From Syntrophales bacterium (lineage in GTDB: Bacteria > Desulfobacterota > Syntrophia > Syntrophales > UBA8958): 64,000 nt of DNA. This document shows positions 62,755-64,000 of this stretch, piece by piece. Location of the stretch: the NCBI GenBank assembly GCA_026417625.1, contig JAOACW010000003.1, positions 147,517-211,516 on the forward strand, written 5' to 3'. The first letter of the stretch is position 1, and each line of letters opens with the position of its first letter. The notes beneath the pieces were generated by a model that was given only the letters and a program-made list of their open reading frames with translations, had not been told where the DNA came from and did not search any database. The translations under genes and the position numbers were made by a program.

Positions 62755-64000
62755 ATGGAACTTAAGAATCTCCTGAGCCTTATAAATGGTTTGGTTGCGG
62801 ACTTTCTCTGCTTGAACGGGAGGGAAATAGATATTCCGTCTTCCGGCAGATTTCTCAATGTGTTGGAAGAGATGTCAAAAATTGCAAGGGAGATGCGATA
62901 TAGCACCTTAAACAGAGTTTCTGAGTTGTTAATACATCTCCTGGAGAGGCTCATTTTAGAAGAGGTCAAAGAAAAACAGAGAGGTTTTGAGGTATTTGAA
63001 AAAGGGGTTTCTCTACTGCAGGAGATAGGACAGGTTCTTGAAAGGGGCGAGGATTTTGCGGATGAGGAAAGGATCAGGACGTATGTAAATTCTGTTAAAG
63101 AGCTTACGGGTGGTATTGCTGAAGTTGAGGAGCCCAGTCACTGCGACAGAGCTTTTGATGAGGGTGGTTCTGAGGTGAGAACGGAACCCCTCCATTCCTA
63201 CATTCACCAGGACACGACCCTTTTGAGTGATTTTATCACGGAAGCTCTGGAATACATAGGGAATATCGAGATAAGTATTTTGGATCTGGAACAGAATCCT
63301 CACGATAAAGATTGCATTAACGCTATCTTTCGTCCTTTTCATTCCATAAAAGGTGTAGCAGGATTCCTTGGTCTGGCCAACATTCGTGATCTTGCCCATT
63401 CTCTGGAGAATCTACTGGATAAGGCAAGAAATGATGAGCTCACTATTACACCCTCAGTAATAGATGTTGTGCTTGATGGAACAGATTTATTGAAGGGTTT
63501 GATTCTCAAATTACGGGATGAAATGAGCGGAAAGGCTTTCTCGGGTGGTGAGGACGTTGGAGACTTCCAGGAGATCATGGAGCGCATCAGGAGTGTGGAA
63601 AATGGCATGGTGGAACCTGCCGGTGCGAAAAGGCTGGGAGAGATACTACTGGAGGAAGGTGTAATAGATCAAGAAAAGTTGGATGTCGGACTGAAAAAGC
63701 AGAGTGTGAGTCCCGGTAAGAAAATAGGAGAAGTGCTCATTGAAGAAAAATTGGTGACACCCAAACAGGTTTCCCGTGCTTTACGAAAACAGGCCGAGTA
63801 TTCTGAAGATATGTCCACCATTCGTGTGGATACGAGAAAGCTGGATGACGTTATTGATTTGGTTGGCGAGCTTGTAATCACTAAAACTATGCTTGAACAA
63901 GACCTGAGGCATTTGCTCACTACAGATAGAAACATCATACGAGATATGGGACAGCTCAATCGCATTACCTCTGGGTTGCAGAGGATGACAACGGGTCTAC
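62755..64000 (+). CDS. cheA: chemotaxis histidine kinase CheA, 3' end cut by window edge
   Basis: Not in the ORF track (runs off the window). My hand translation is open from ATG 62755 to the end. HPt motif FRPFHSIKGVAGFLG (His codon 63340-63342). Dimerisation-domain start STIRVDTRKLDDVIDLVGELVI at about 63820. Confidence 0.88.
   Translation, partial: MELKNLLSLINGLVADFLCLNGREIDIPSSGRFLNVLEEMSKIAREMRYSTLNRVSELLIHLLERLILEEVKEKQRGFEVFEKGVSLLQEIGQVLERGEDFADEERIRTYVNSVKELTGGIAEVEEPSHCDRAFDEGGSEVRTEPLHSYIHQDTTLLSDFITEALEYIGNIEISILDLEQNPHDKDCINAIFRPFHSIKGVAGFLGLANIRDLAHSLENLLDKARNDELTITPSVIDVVLDGTDLLKGLILKLRDEMSGKAFSGGEDVGDFQEIMERIRSVENGMVEPAGAKRLGEILLEEGVIDQEKLDVGLKKQSVSPGKKIGEVLIEEKLVTPKQVSRALRKQAEYSEDMSTIRVDTRKLDDVIDLVGELVITKTMLEQDLRHLLTTDRNIIRDMGQLNRITSGLQRMTTGL
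63631..63792 (+). other. MshEN / T2SSE_N-like tandem motif inside CheA (candidate c-di-GMP-binding module)
   Basis: RLGEILLEEGVIDQEKLDVGLKKQ, then SVSPGK, then KIGEVLIEEKLVTPKQVSRALRKQ. The first copy fits RLGxx(L/V/I)(L/V/I)xxG(L/V/I)(L/V/I)xxxxLxxxLxxQ at every fixed position. Confidence 0.5.

Overview
This window looks like core chromosome from a diderm, flagellated bacterium. Taxon cannot be assigned without a search. The plus strand from about 8.0 to 36.9 kb carries a tRNA cluster, then rpmG, tRNA-Trp, secE, nusG, rplKAJL, rpoBC, rpsL, rpsG, tuf and the S10/spc/alpha ribosomal operons. This block lacks fusA and adk at their usual positions. Upstream are housekeeping genes: yicC, gmk, rpoZ, rlmB, pilC, tRNA-Pro and an AmmeMemoRadiSam-B/Memo-like gene. 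One of them is a single ORF fusing an intact cysteine synthase to a CysRS-like enzyme with altered HIGH/KMSKS signatures. From 41 to 64 kb there is a motility and chemotaxis island. It holds flgBC-fliEFGHIJ-motE, a TPR/histidine kinase/sigma-54 activator operon, PilZ-motAB, cheD-HDOD-cheX-like-cheY-cheX, a second REC/sigma-54 activator, and mcp-cheR-cheY-cheB-cheA. Five TGG-N8-TTGCA (-24/-12) motifs sit exactly upstream of these operons, including one back-to-back divergent pair. The partial CheA carries a tandem motif resembling the MshEN c-di-GMP-binding signature where P2 normally sits. Together with the PilZ gene at motAB, this suggests c-di-GMP input at both receptor kinase and stator. 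I saw no CRISPR arrays, transposases, integrases or phage genes. All calls rest on reading the translations and sequence by eye; no searches were run.
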